The notes under the pieces were generated by a model. It had not been told where the DNA came from. It did not search any database and saw nothing but the letters and a program-made list of their open reading frames with translations. A DNA stretch of 64,000 bases from Naegleria gruberi (taxonomy: Eukaryota): the NCBI GenBank assembly GCA_000004985.1, contig GG738864.1; one strand, given 5' to 3'. This document shows, piece by piece, positions 1 through 11,432 of this stretch (its first letter is position 1; each line of letters begins with the position of its first letter). The position numbers were made by a program, and so were the translations under genes.

Positions 1-1
1 T

Positions 2-1681
2 GAAATTTTCCTCTATAATTCAATAGTTTCCAACGATTTTGTGCAGGCAAACTACTTAATTGATAATTTTAAATTGGATATCAATGCATTTTCTTATATT
101 TGGAACGTAGAATCCAATATTCTTACTGCAATTGACTACACATTCTTTACTAACATTGTACTTATATTGCACAATATTTACAAAAAGTATCCCTATTTTA
201 GAGTATTTAGGATTCCAATTGACTCTATAGATTGCTTGGAACTAGTCAAATCATTTCCGTTTGTGGACATTAATCCTTCTAAAAATATTACCAGAGCTTT
301 TTTAGAAACTATTACCCAAAATGATATTCCACTTATTTATAGAGATTACAATATTAATCTCTCTAAACTTGGAACGCTTAATTTCTCTGCTAATTGCTTT
401 CCTAATAATTTACAATTTGAAAATAGTAATAATAGTGATATTAATGGTGTATCTCCTTCAATGCTAACCAAGAAGCAACCTGATTTTAATGCAAGGGACA
501 AGTTTGGAAATAATATCCTACATTATTACTTTATCGCTGGTTATGGCCATCCTGAATTCTGGGAACAGTTACCAAAAGAAGAGTTTGAAAGATTATTAGA
601 GGAACCAAATAAGTTTGGTGTATCTTCTGCTGAGATTGGTTTGTTAAGAAAGAATAGATTAAATTTTGGACAATTTAAGAAGACGCTTAATTATGAGGGA
701 TTAGTTCAAACCTTTGGCATGCAACCCCCTAACCTATTATTTTTAGATGGATTAATAGTGGATGCAAGAATATTGCTTTCAGTTATTGGTGATGTGGACG
801 AAACTTACAACTATGAAGATTACAAAGATATTGAGTACAGAGATGAAAATGGGAAACATTTAGTGCATTACTCAAAAAATTGTTTTGGTGATTCTTTGCC
901 GAAACATTTGAAATTACCATTGCAAGATATAATTTTTTGTAAAGATAATAAGGGTACAATGCCTATTCAAACAAGCAATAATTATTATTACCATTCTTTA
1001 GACAATTTGGGATTGCTTGACAATATACCTAGAGTGAATTTTGTATCACACCAAGATGAATTTGGAATGCTTAGAATTTTATATCAAATGGTTGATTCAT
1101 ACTTAAATACGGACAAGATGGTTTGTGAGGCATTTTCTGTTGGATTTGATTACTCTTCTGGTCAACCAGAGTTACTATCATTATTTTCACATTATTCAGA
1201 TGGTCGATATCATTTTTCAATTGATAGAAGCATTATGAAACAACTTCGAGGTATTAACTGCTTTGGATCAGTTGATGGAGATGATATTTCACATTTTGTT
1301 TTGAGGTTTTATTTCAACTTTATCAAAACAAAAGAGGGATGGTATGTAGACAACTCAATTCTCAAGGTGCTGATATCTAAGGGCTTGAGATTTGATATTG
1401 TTCGAAACTCTAAGGGACAAACTGCATTCGATTTGTTTGATGAGTTCACTGGAACTCCAACCATGATGAGGAGTGTGGCTCAAGTAAAGAAGGCTTGTAG
1501 GAGAGGAGTAACCAAATCAAAAGCATTGGCCAAATTCACCATTCAACACTCTCCTAACCTTCCTCAAGAGTTGATTTTGGAAAAAAGTGAAACACACCTA
1601 GTTGTTAAATCCAACACTGTTTCTTCTTTCCGTATTCATATCAAAAGAAGCTTGTATTTTGAAAAGAAACCTAATCAATAA
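2..1681 (+). CDS. Hypothetical protein, 5'-truncated by the window edge, with ankyrin-like segments
   Basis: The reading frame is open from position 2, and the track's M at 41 is a GTG. The ORF runs to TAA at 1679-1681. Ankyrin-like motifs are present (ARDKFGNNILHYYF, RNSKGQTAFDLFDEF). Codon usage is AT-rich like the neighbouring genes. Confidence 0.45.
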   Translation, partial: EIFLYNSIVSNDFVQANYLIDNFKLDINAFSYIWNVESNILTAIDYTFFTNIVLILHNIYKKYPYFRVFRIPIDSIDCLELVKSFPFVDINPSKNITRAFLETITQNDIPLIYRDYNINLSKLGTLNFSANCFPNNLQFENSNNSDINGVSPSMLTKKQPDFNARDKFGNNILHYYFIAGYGHPEFWEQLPKEEFERLLEEPNKFGVSSAEIGLLRKNRLNFGQFKKTLNYEGLVQTFGMQPPNLLFLDGLIVDARILLSVIGDVDETYNYEDYKDIEYRDENGKHLVHYSKNCFGDSLPKHLKLPLQDIIFCKDNKGTMPIQTSNNYYYHSLDNLGLLDNIPRVNFVSHQDEFGMLRILYQMVDSYLNTDKMVCEAFSVGFDYSSGQPELLSLFSHYSDGRYHFSIDRSIMKQLRGINCFGSVDGDDISHFVLRFYFNFIKTKEGWYVDNSILKVLISKGLRFDIVRNSKGQTAFDLFDEFTGTPTMMRSVAQVKKACRRGVTKSKALAKFTIQHSPNLPQELILEKSETHLVVKSNTVSSFRIHIKRSLYFEKKPNQ

Positions 1682-1900
1682 GATTCTGATAAGGGTGTTA
1701 ACTAACAATTCTAAAGATAAAAAGAAATATTAATATCCTAGTATTAATAATATTGTTCGCCTAACCAACAGTGAACTCTGTTTCCTTGTAACTCCTTTGA
1801 AATCGTTGAACTTGGAACTCAAGAAACTTGAATTAATAGTAAAACACTATTGAACCAACAGCATAACACAAAAAAACAAGAACACAAACCACTAAACAAA

Positions 1901-3085
1901 ATGCCTTCTCTCTTTTCATCAGCCACAAAGAAGAAAAATACAGAAGGAGAAACACCCGAAGAAGTTTTTCCAACTTCCCTGAGATCATCATCAAGAAACG
2001 TTATTGAAAGGAAAGAAGTTAAAAGAATGAATGTTGTTAATGGATCAGGAACTGGAGCACTTATTCGTGCCAATCACAAAGAAGAAGAGGGATATGATCA
2101 AGAATTAGTTGACCACAGCGAAAATATTGTAGATTTAGTTATTGTAATGGATTGCACTGGATCCATGTCAGGTGAAATAGAAGCTGCCAAAACAACAGTA
2201 CTTACAATTTTAGATAGTTTAAAGGATCACTTCAAAACTGATTTGAGATTTTCTGCCATTAGTTACAGAGATCACACTGATGATTATGCTGTGAGAGAAT
2301 TCCCATTTACAAAGAATTTCGAGAAGGCCAAAGGATATATTGATACCATGTCAGCTCAAGGTGGAGGTGACCATCCGGAAGCTTTGGCTTCAGCTCTGAA
2401 AGTTGTCAATGAATTGCCATTTAATAAGAAGGGCAAAAAGATCTGTATTTGGATTGCTGATGCTCCACCCCATGGTATGAATAGCAGCGGTGACAGATAC
2501 CCAGAAGGATGCAAGGATGAGGAAGGAAATGTCATTGATTGGATTAGATTGGGATCTGATTTACAAGAAAAGGGTGTTGTTTTCTATACATTAATTTGTA
2601 AAAGAGCTCAAAATGATCAACAATTAGCTCTTTTCATGGATTTCTTGGCCACCAAAACCGATGGCAAATGCATGCTATTGACAAATGCCAACAAGTTACC
2701 AAACCTAATTATTAATGGCTCCATTGAAAATGATGAAATGGATCAACTTATTGCCCAAAAGATAGAAGAATTAGGAGAAGATAAGGTGAAACAAATGAAA
2801 GAAGATGAGCTAATTGAAAATATTCAAAAACTTTCTAAAGATGCCAAGATTAATCATGTTCAAACCTATGAAGTAGTCTCGTCGAATACTAAGAACCTTA
2901 TGGAATGTAAATCTTTATCAGCTGTAAATAGAAATCTGTATTCTACTGGCTCCAATAGAGTCGAAATGAAGGGTGCCGAATCAGAATCAAGTTTCGAATA
3001 CGGTGCTCAATCAAGACAAGCTCCAAAGCTTGAACAATACAAGAAAGCTTGCTCTAGAAAGATGAACTCAATGAATATGAAATAA
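1901..3085 (+). CDS. von Willebrand factor A (vWA) domain protein
   Basis: The track ORF begins at a TTG at 1850, and the first in-frame ATG is at 1901 in an A-rich context. The MIDAS motif VIVMDCTGSMSGE (DxSxS) sits at the start of a vWA fold, followed by an acidic coiled tail. The stop is TAA. Confidence 0.7.
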   Translation: MPSLFSSATKKKNTEGETPEEVFPTSLRSSSRNVIERKEVKRMNVVNGSGTGALIRANHKEEEGYDQELVDHSENIVDLVIVMDCTGSMSGEIEAAKTTVLTILDSLKDHFKTDLRFSAISYRDHTDDYAVREFPFTKNFEKAKGYIDTMSAQGGGDHPEALASALKVVNELPFNKKGKKICIWIADAPPHGMNSSGDRYPEGCKDEEGNVIDWIRLGSDLQEKGVVFYTLICKRAQNDQQLALFMDFLATKTDGKCMLLTNANKLPNLIINGSIENDEMDQLIAQKIEELGEDKVKQMKEDELIENIQKLSKDAKINHVQTYEVVSSNTKNLMECKSLSAVNRNLYSTGSNRVEMKGAESESSFEYGAQSRQAPKLEQYKKACSRKMNSMNMK

Positions 3086-3565
3086 ACCAAATGGAAATAT
3101 ATTTTTTTTAATGAAACAAAGCTAAACTTGATTGTGGAGTTGGAAAGGTATTATTCCAATTTAGTGTTTTAATGATGAATTGGATAGATATGGGAATACT
3201 CTATGTTCAATCATGCTTTGTAAGTGATTGAATTTGCTTTGTGAGTACTCCAAATGTTGCCGTATTAATAGTCCTCTAATTCATTTCCTTAAAGAAGATA
3301 GGAGTTACATCAATTGCCGAAGAATCATCACTAAAACATAAAAATAGATTTAAAAAAATACCGTATTCAGCTCCATTCCCACATAAACTTCTTTTGCCAC
3401 TTGTAAATATTTACATTACACCCTCTCGGACTCGTGACGAGTGTACATCACAGGATTGAATTGTGTTGCATAACCACGTGAAAATCCAAAAAATTGGGCA
3501 ACAAGTTAATTCCTTCATACAAAAGAGTACTCATTATCATTCATCACTCTCATCATCAAATAGGA

Positions 3566-5987
3566 ATGTTGGATATTACTCATCAATTACCTCCGGAAAT
3601 ATTGTCAAAAGTATTTTCATATGTAGCTAGGGAACCATTGTATTTGTATTGCTTTTCAAATTTACCACTCGTATGCAAGACTTTTAAGAAATTATTGGAA
3701 ATGGCAATTTGCGTTCATCATGATGAGGGATGTATTGATGATCAATTAGAGTTGTCATTTTCAACAAATATCAAATCAACCTTTCAACATAATTTAGTGG
3801 TTGATTTTCTGACTCTTCCAATGCTATCAAAGATTGTAAACTCAAAAAGATTGAGTGATGTTTTGAGTGGTGTTTCTCAAATTTCAATTTTGGACCTTTC
3901 TAATCAGAGATTAATGTTTCAAGCACTACTAAAACAAAACATCAATGAATTACTCAATATTTTAGAGAGTATCTATTTGAAAGGAAAGATAATTAGCAAG
4001 ATTTATTTGTGTGGATGCTTTTCAATCGGAGAATCAATTCAAATGACTAATTTTGTAAAAAGTTTAATAACCATGCATAGAAAATCCACTTCAAAGAATC
4101 TATACATTGACGTTTCTCCTCTCTTTTCTCACAATGAGGCATCTAATGAAGCAACAGAATATTTGAGCTATAATATGGCTGTCACAGAATTGCAAGCAGA
4201 ATTTGAAGATCAGGGTATTCAAATAGTAGATTGGTTTGATTTATTATTCAATCCTATTGAAAGTGACACTGAGTTTTTAGAAAGATTGACCTCTGTAGAT
4301 CCAATGAATATTCCACACGTAAATGTAAAAGGGTGGACTCTTCTACATTCCTCAATACTCAACAGCTATTTCAAAAGTACTCAATACCTCTTGAGTTTAC
4401 CACAAGTTAATGTAAATATTTTCAGTGTTGCAAGTTTCTCCAATGATGACACAATTCGAATTGAACATGATGAAGATGAAATTTCTCCAATTCTTCACAA
4501 AACTGTTCCTACTGTAGATTTCAAATTGAAATACAAAGGCACACCATTATTCTTTGCCTTATATAAGTTGACTTCTAACACTCAATCCTCCTCCTCTAAA
4601 GATGGTGAAGTTGTAGATATGCTTATCCAAAGAGGAGCATCTGTTAATATTGTAGATAATTATGGAAGATCATTCCTACTGATTGCTTTATCATATGGTT
4701 TTCCATTTGATTTTATTACTCATATTGTAGAGAATTTTGGTCAAGTGCACCAATGTGACAACAATAAGAATAGCATTTTCCATCAAATATTCTATTCTCC
4801 ATCTCTATTGAAAGATACAAGGAAAACCAAAAAGGTCTTGGACTTCCTCTTCACCAAAGATTCTCTATTGAGTAATCAAGCTAACGCACCTGGTTTATTA
4901 CCTATTCAAATTCCTTTCCTCTTTTCCAATATGAAAAACATTCTCAATAAGGACTGTGCTTCAGAGTTAGTAATTGCTATTGCACATTTCATCAAATGTG
5001 TAGATGTAAATTTAGGATTGGAAGCATCCACCATGTATATTAATATGGCTATTGATGACTGCCTAACTCTTATCAATGAGTCTAAATTTTCCAAAAAGAA
5101 AATGTTTGTCATTACAAACAAGATATTTATTGGGCTATTGAGAATTAAACTAGATATTTCCTATCATATTGACAAGACAGATATTAATCAAGTAAGAAAT
5201 GAATTTATGAGATTGGATGACGAGTTGGGTCATAATGTTCTTCATAGAATGAAAAAATTGGATTGTATCAAGTCATTCTTTAAATTTCTAGAGCTAGATA
5301 GAGTATCCTATTACTTTTATATTAATAATCCAGATGTTAATGGAAATACTATCCTCCACCATTTAATATCATCGAGTGAAAATGAACTTCAACTCTCGAA
5401 CGATGTCGACAGAATAGTTGAAGAATTATTTGGAGATGTAGGATATAGAAACAAGGAGGGAGAAACACCAACATCTCTTTCAGCTTTGAACGGATACTAT
5501 GCAACAGTTCAGTAAGTTTTTCGAATATTTTTGTAAACTATATAATTATTTCAGTTTTATGCTTTCCAATCAACAAACAGCTCACTACTCTGAGAGACAA
5601 ATCATTGCCCACAACGATAATATACTTCACATTCTAAGAAGTAACAGAGAAAGTGCTTCCAAGAGTTCTGACAATAAGAGACCCTGCCATTCCATCAATT
5701 CTTGTATCAAACTCATTGAACAACAAAACGAAATGCTCATTCAAAATTCCAGAAATCCAAAAACCAAATCCATTAATTTAGCACTCCTCGAGGAGGAATT
5801 AAGAGGAGACAGCTACTCTGATGATAGTAGCACCTCATCAAGAACTAGCTCTGCACCCTCACTCTCTCTCATGGATGTCATCAATCTCAGCAAGGAAAAG
5901 AAACAATCATCCAAGAAGAAAGCTCAAGCCAACAAGAGAAACAAGAAGAAGAAAAGCAAGGAAAAAGACTTTGCCCTCGTCAAGTAA
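3566..5987 (+). CDS. F-box-like / ankyrin-repeat protein with a basic C-terminal tail (2 exons)
   Basis: Exons are 3566..5511 and 5555..5987. The track ORF starts at a TTG at 3494, and the first ATG at 3566 immediately precedes an F-box-like motif (LPPEILSKVFSYV). A 43-nt intron (GTAAGT...TTTCAG, 5512..5554) joins in frame to ORF 5499..5987. ANK repeats are present (GTPLFFAL...VVDMLIQRGASVNIVDNYGRSFLLIAL; NGNTILHHL). The unspliced alternative would stop at 5515. Confidence 0.5.
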
Positions 5988-6158
5988 ATATTTTACCAAC
6001 ACACTTTTATCCCACTATTCGGATTAAACTAATAGTCGTCATCATGATGCAAATAATATTGGACAAGTATTCGGATAATTATTATTGTGAAGAGAAAATC
6101 TTTATCAAAAAAGCAATGAATACGAAGAACAAGAAGGAACAATAACAATAAGAAAAAA

Positions 6159-7650
6159 ATGTCCACAACATTCCTTGGTATTGTCATTCATTTTGCCAAT
6201 CCTTTGAATGGCGAGAATCAGAAATTACTTCTCGGAAAGAAAATCAACATTAACGATTATGATCACTTGATCACTCTGATAAAACAAAAGATTAATGAGA
6301 GTAATTCATCATCGAGTATTGAATATAATTTTTATAACGTCTTGTTGGAGGTGGAAGATGTAAATAGTAAAGGATCGTTTCATAGGCTAACGAATTTTGA
6401 TGAATTAATAACAAACAAAGACAAGGCTATACAAATTAAAGTTTCATCAGTTGAAATTGTTTCAAAGAGTAAAGAAGCTAAACCAACAGAAACTTCATCT
6501 CCTACCGATCAATCATTAACATTCCGATTGAGTCAATGTGCCAATGATGAATTTACTGATTATCAAGAGGATTTTGAAGATAAATTAATTTATGGAGATG
6601 ATTTATCGACAGTGGAAAATAATGCACAAGCACAGAGAACTGCCAGATGGAATGGAAGATACGAACCAACAACACTATTGGGATCTGGAACTTTTGGAAA
6701 AGTATTTCTTTGTGGAGAGTATGCATTTAATGGTACTCATAAAGGAACTGTTGCTGTGAAATTGATTAATTTATTAGGAACTGTTGAAGATTTCAATAGG
6801 AAAATTAAGGTTAGTTTTCTTTTTGAGATTTATAATGACTCTTTATTAGGAAGCCCTCTTCATGTTAAAATTGAAACACGATTCTATTATGCCATGTTTG
6901 GACTTGTTTGAAATTTATGATAAGGATACAACAGAACAATCGTTGGCAATTGTGTCTCCATATTATATTCATGGTGATTTGATGAAACAATTGCAAACAC
7001 AAAAGGAAAAGAAGGAACCACTTCCAGAGGAAATTATTTTTTCAATCACAAAAGATATACTCAGTGCTTTAACATATTTACATTCTAATGTTGGTGTGGC
7101 ACACAGAGATATTAAACCAAATAATATTTTCTTGGAAAAGATCAATTTGGGAAGGAAAACAGTCAAGATGGTTCTTGGAGATTTTGGAATAGCTCGAGAA
7201 ATGACAAGTGAAACAATGAAAAATGCCACAACTGCAGGTACACCACTCTATCTTGCTCCTGAAGTCAATTTTGGTAATTACAATTTCAAATGTGATATTT
7301 ATTCATTAGGTGTTACCCTATATCAAATGCTAAGCTTGGATTTGGAAACAAATTTGATTTCAAAATGTTTTTCAAACCATCCTTTAGATACATTACAACA
7401 ATCTTCCAATGCCAAGTACATTTCTGATTACACAGAACAAATGATTATGAGAAACTATCCAAAAGAAACCAAAACACTGAAGAAACTGAAAGGTAAGCAA
7501 TTCTCTTAATAATGAGATTTTTAATCTTTTCAAAAAGAAATGATGTTTTTAATGTTGACATACAACTACAAAAAGAGACCTAGTGCCAAATACTTCCTAG
7601 AGCAACTTGAAAAGAAAGGAATTAAGCAGTTATTTGGATTCAACAAATAA
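6159..7650 (+). CDS. Ser/Thr protein kinase with an N-terminal non-catalytic domain (3 exons)
   Basis: Exons are 6159..6809, 6850..7492 and 7538..7650. A 40-nt intron (GTTAGT...TTATTAG) splits subdomain II-III (VAVK...NRKIK | EALFMLKLKH). A 45-nt intron (GTAAGC...CAAAAAG) restores subdomain XI (KRPSAKYFLEQL). Kinase motifs are GSGTFGKV, VAVK, HRDIKPNN, DFG and GTPLYLAPE. The stop is TAA at 7648. Confidence 0.75.
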
Positions 7651-7691
7651 ATATCTATTTATCAATTTTAGTGATATTTATTTTAGTTGAA

Positions 7692-8657
7692 TTATGAAAT
7701 GCAACATGTTCTACTCTTTACAACTTTTCCTTTTGGCTCACTTTCAGTTTCACTCTTATCTTCTGCAGTGTAATTTATAATTGGAGCTACAATTACCTTA
7801 GTAGCACCTTCCAATTGTCCTTGAGGAAGTTGCACTCCAACCAACATGGCAGCAAGCTTGATAAATGATAAATTTACCATGTCACCAGTTTTAGCAGAAA
7901 CAAAGAAAGAAGATAATTTGTGATATCCTGCCCATTCATCGTGGGTTTCTCTTTTGACTTTTCTTTCGTGACTCAAATCACACTTGTTAGCAAATATACA
8001 AATAACTGGATCTTTAGATTTTTCAGAACTCTTTCTTCCTTCATAACTATCAGAGAAAATATGTTTCACGTATTTTAACCATTCTTCCAAGTTTTTAAAG
8101 CTTTCCAAATTTGTAATATCGTAAGTAAGGATAACAGCATCGGAACCATAAATATAACTAGACAATAATTTTGATCCCAAACTTTGACCCTCTATTATTT
8201 TGTGAGTTAGATCATTAAAATCAAAAACACGTACCAACATCCCAAATTTGAAAGCAAACTTCAATCTTTTTGGTTTTCTTTTGTGATCCCTCTTCAGATG
8301 ACTCGGTATGGGCTGCTTGTTGAGCAGGAATTTCGGCAACTATCGAAACATTCTTGATGAACCAATCAACACCAACAGTCCTTACATAGGATTGCTGGAA
8401 TTCGTCCTCAGTAAATCTTCTAATTGTTGATGTTTTACCAACAGTACCATCTTATCATCAACGGAACGTTACTAAAATATTTAAATTTGATATTACATAC
8501 CACCAACAATAATCACTTTGTATTGATATTTATTATCACCATCGTCATCACTATCATCTTGAACTTCTTCAACTTTTAAATCCTCAAACTCGGCTTCTAC
8601 ATTGCTCTCCAGAATTTTACTGCCCGACATTTGTTTAGTCAAGTTACTTTGGCTCAT
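7692..8657 (-). CDS. Rab-like small GTPase with an acidic N-terminal extension (3 exons)
   Basis: Exons on the minus strand are 8501..8657, 8235..8450 and 7692..8191. The introns are 50 nt (GTATGT..AG) and 43 nt (GTACGT..ATAG). Motifs are G1 GDGTVGKTS, switch-I YVRTVGVDWF, WDVEGQ, G4 ANKCD, G5 SAK, and a C-terminal CCIS (CCXX geranylgeranylation-type). A 24-aa insertion lies between switch I and II. Confidence 0.75.
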
Positions 8658-8861
8658 TTTTTTCTTATTTAAATGATGATATTTAAAATTCGTAAAATGA
8701 AGGCGGGAATCTCATCCAACACCTTTTGAGGTCGACAAATAAGGATCGACCCCTATATTGGTAAATTTGAGTGCTTTTGTTAGACCAAGAAGAGATTCCA
8801 CATTTTATATTTTCATGTAAACTTTATATTCCTGGATGTAGTACTAATGTAAAATCAACTT

Positions 8862-9613
8862 TTATTCATTATTTACCTTATTATTGATAACTGATTGGAG
8901 AACTTGATTAGTTAAATCCTTAACAACAACACTAGCTCTAGATCCAACCTTTCCAATAGTTTCATTAATTTCAGTTTCATGCTTGTTAAGCAATGGTTCA
9001 ACATATTGGTGATAGAGCATTGTGGCACCTCTTGTTTGTGGAGCAATCAACCAAAGAATAAAAGCAATTTTAATTTCCCAATAGAATGGAATGAAAGTAA
9101 CAATGATCAACAAGTAGTATTCAATAACATGAACAAAAGAATAAATAATCCAATAAGTTCTATTTTTCATATTAAATAAATATTCATATTATATGATATT
9201 GATCAGTACATCATCATTATCAATTAATTAAATACGAAAGTAAATTAAATATTCGGAAAAAGTATTAGAAACCTACAACCACTGTTTATCATCATCTCCA
9301 CCAGGTGATCTGATTGCCTTGAAAGAAGCATAAGCAGGTAAGAGGAATGCAATCAAATGGCAAATAAATTGAGAAATGGCAGAACTGTTTTTCATCAATT
9401 AATTGATCAGCAAAACATTTTAAATTTTGAAAATTCCTACCTGAACAAGTATTCGACACTATCGGAAGAAACAGCTCCATCTTTTTCAACATAAACTACT
9501 TTAACATTGGCCGATGATGATTTATCTTCAGCAGCAGCATTTACAAATTGGTGATTCAAATAAGCTAAACCACAACAGACAAGAGCAGTAGAAGCAAGAA
9601 TTGATGTTTTCAT
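8862..9613 (-). CDS. TB2/DP1/HVA22 (REEP/Yop1) family membrane protein (3 exons; N-terminal exon less certain)
   Basis: Exons are 9441..9613, 9277..9384 and 8862..9159. The introns are 56 nt (GTAGGA..AACAG) and 117 nt (GTAGGT..AAATAG). Family motifs are [26 protein letters not shown] and IPFYWEIKIAFILWLIAP. Exon 1 (MKTSILAS...) is the only frame-consistent upstream exon. Confidence 0.6.
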
Positions 9614-9893
9614 TTTTTTTTGATTGTTGATTGATGGTTAAACAGAGCATTGTAAAACACTTCAATTTACATGTATTCACTTCTTGGGATTCAGATAGAG
9701 TTTGGTCCTTTTAATTGGTGGACTTGTAATAAATTTCCTCTTGCAAATTGACCATTGAAAATTCAACAAAGTTTAAATTGAGAGTACACCATGAATTGAA
9801 TAAGAATCTAATGATTTCAATTCTGAACCATCTCATAAAAATGAATTGTTTTTGTTTGCGATTTCAATCAATTTCAATCATTGAATAACTAAT

Positions 9894-10925
9894 TTATTTC
9901 TTCAGTAATTGTTCTGCTTCTTCTTGAGTTATTTCTCTCAGAATATCTTTTGAAACTATTCCTCTTTTGAGTGTGAATAATCTATCCTGTCCAATTAACC
10001 AGAAATACCCTCTGTCATTGTATAATCTATACACATCTCCTTTCTTTACAGGGAGGTAAATATTTGACAAGTCTCTTCCAATACTATCCTCTTCAACAAT
10101 TACCCATTTCTTTGCCTTAGAGTCGTGCATAAACCCAACGTATTTGTTAGCTTCCTTTGGTTCTGGGTTTGCTGCTTTTTCAACACTTCTGAATAATTTA
10201 CACAATTCGAAAGGAATTTGAGACTTGTCCATAATGGAAATGGATTCTTTCATTTGAGAGAAATCAATGGCTATGGAAAAATCATTTCTGATATCTTCAG
10301 CTTGGTTTCTCTTGTATTCCTTTGCTTCTTCTTCAGTGATTTGAGTAAATTCGAATCCATGTTCTTGTAACAAACACATCTTTTCCTCATCAAGTATTGG
10401 GACATCACCATCTCTATTACAATTCATAACTATTTCATAACCTTGATTGACTGAATACTTGTTGGAGGAATCGTTGCTTCCTTCAACTTGATACTCAGCA
10501 AAAACAGGTTCAAGCAAAACACATTTCAACAAGTTCTGTAATCCATCAATGAATTCACTTCTATCAATTTTTTGGTCATTATTCAAATCCATAAATTGGA
10601 ACATCATGGCCAAAGCTTTGTTTCTCTTTTCTTGAGTTGGTGGTACGACAAATTCCATTGCAACATAATACGAAATATTTCCATTACTCACCAAACATGG
10701 TGCCATTCTCTTTGTTCCTGCCTTTTGCCACACAAAGTAAAATAAATCTTCGAGAAATTCGGCAATTTCCTCATTGGATAGTACCATATCTTTATCCTTA
10801 TCCAATTTTTCAAAGAACTTTGAGAGCTTATTGTTCTTTGGCAAATTACTTGCTTGGTATTGAATGCCCTTAGAGAGATCCTTGTGGAGTTCTTTAATCA
10901 GTGATGTAGCTGCTGAATTGCCCAT
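9894..10925 (-). CDS. N-myristoylated EF-hand protein
   Basis: A single ORF starts with ATG. MGNSAAT matches the MGxxxS myristoylation consensus. Two EF-hand loops are present (DKDKDMVLSNEE and DLNNDQKIDRSE). The C-terminal domain is uncharacterised. Confidence 0.6.
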   Translation of the reverse strand: MGNSAATSLIKELHKDLSKGIQYQASNLPKNNKLSKFFEKLDKDKDMVLSNEEIAEFLEDLFYFVWQKAGTKRMAPCLVSNGNISYYVAMEFVVPPTQEKRNKALAMMFQFMDLNNDQKIDRSEFIDGLQNLLKCVLLEPVFAEYQVEGSNDSSNKYSVNQGYEIVMNCNRDGDVPILDEEKMCLLQEHGFEFTQITEEEAKEYKRNQAEDIRNDFSIAIDFSQMKESISIMDKSQIPFELCKLFRSVEKAANPEPKEANKYVGFMHDSKAKKWVIVEEDSIGRDLSNIYLPVKKGDVYRLYNDRGYFWLIGQDRLFTLKRGIVSKDILREITQEEAEQLLKK

Positions 10926-11432
10926 GATTATTAAATGCTATTTGTTTTTGTTTATTAAGTGTGAATCATCAACGCTATTGCTTCTTTTCATCTTTGATAC
11001 ATCATCCTCAACCGCGGCAATCTTCCAAATGTGAGATTAAGGCGCAGGACTCCTTCCAGATTGGGTATGGACATTAAGAAATTATTGTGCTGACTTAATG
11101 AATCCATTCTAGAAAATCGTGCTCCATTCCTCATCAAGTTTCTGAATCAAGGCAATCACCGGTACACAATTTGAACAATTTAAAAAAAATATTAAAACAT
11201 CAAACAGTGCAATGAGGTGCGATGACCGCTTCCTAGATTAAAAACCAGTTCAAATATTGTCAAGTTTGAATTTGGCAAAAGTAATGAAAACTAAGAGCCG
11301 TTATTGGCATTGTAATAATGAGAATGGTGTCTTTTGCATAAATAACTCAACCACTATGGAAGGGACGTTTCAACAAAAATTGACATTTGTGTGAACAATG
11401 TTAACGGCAAAATCAAGAAAAAAACCACAACA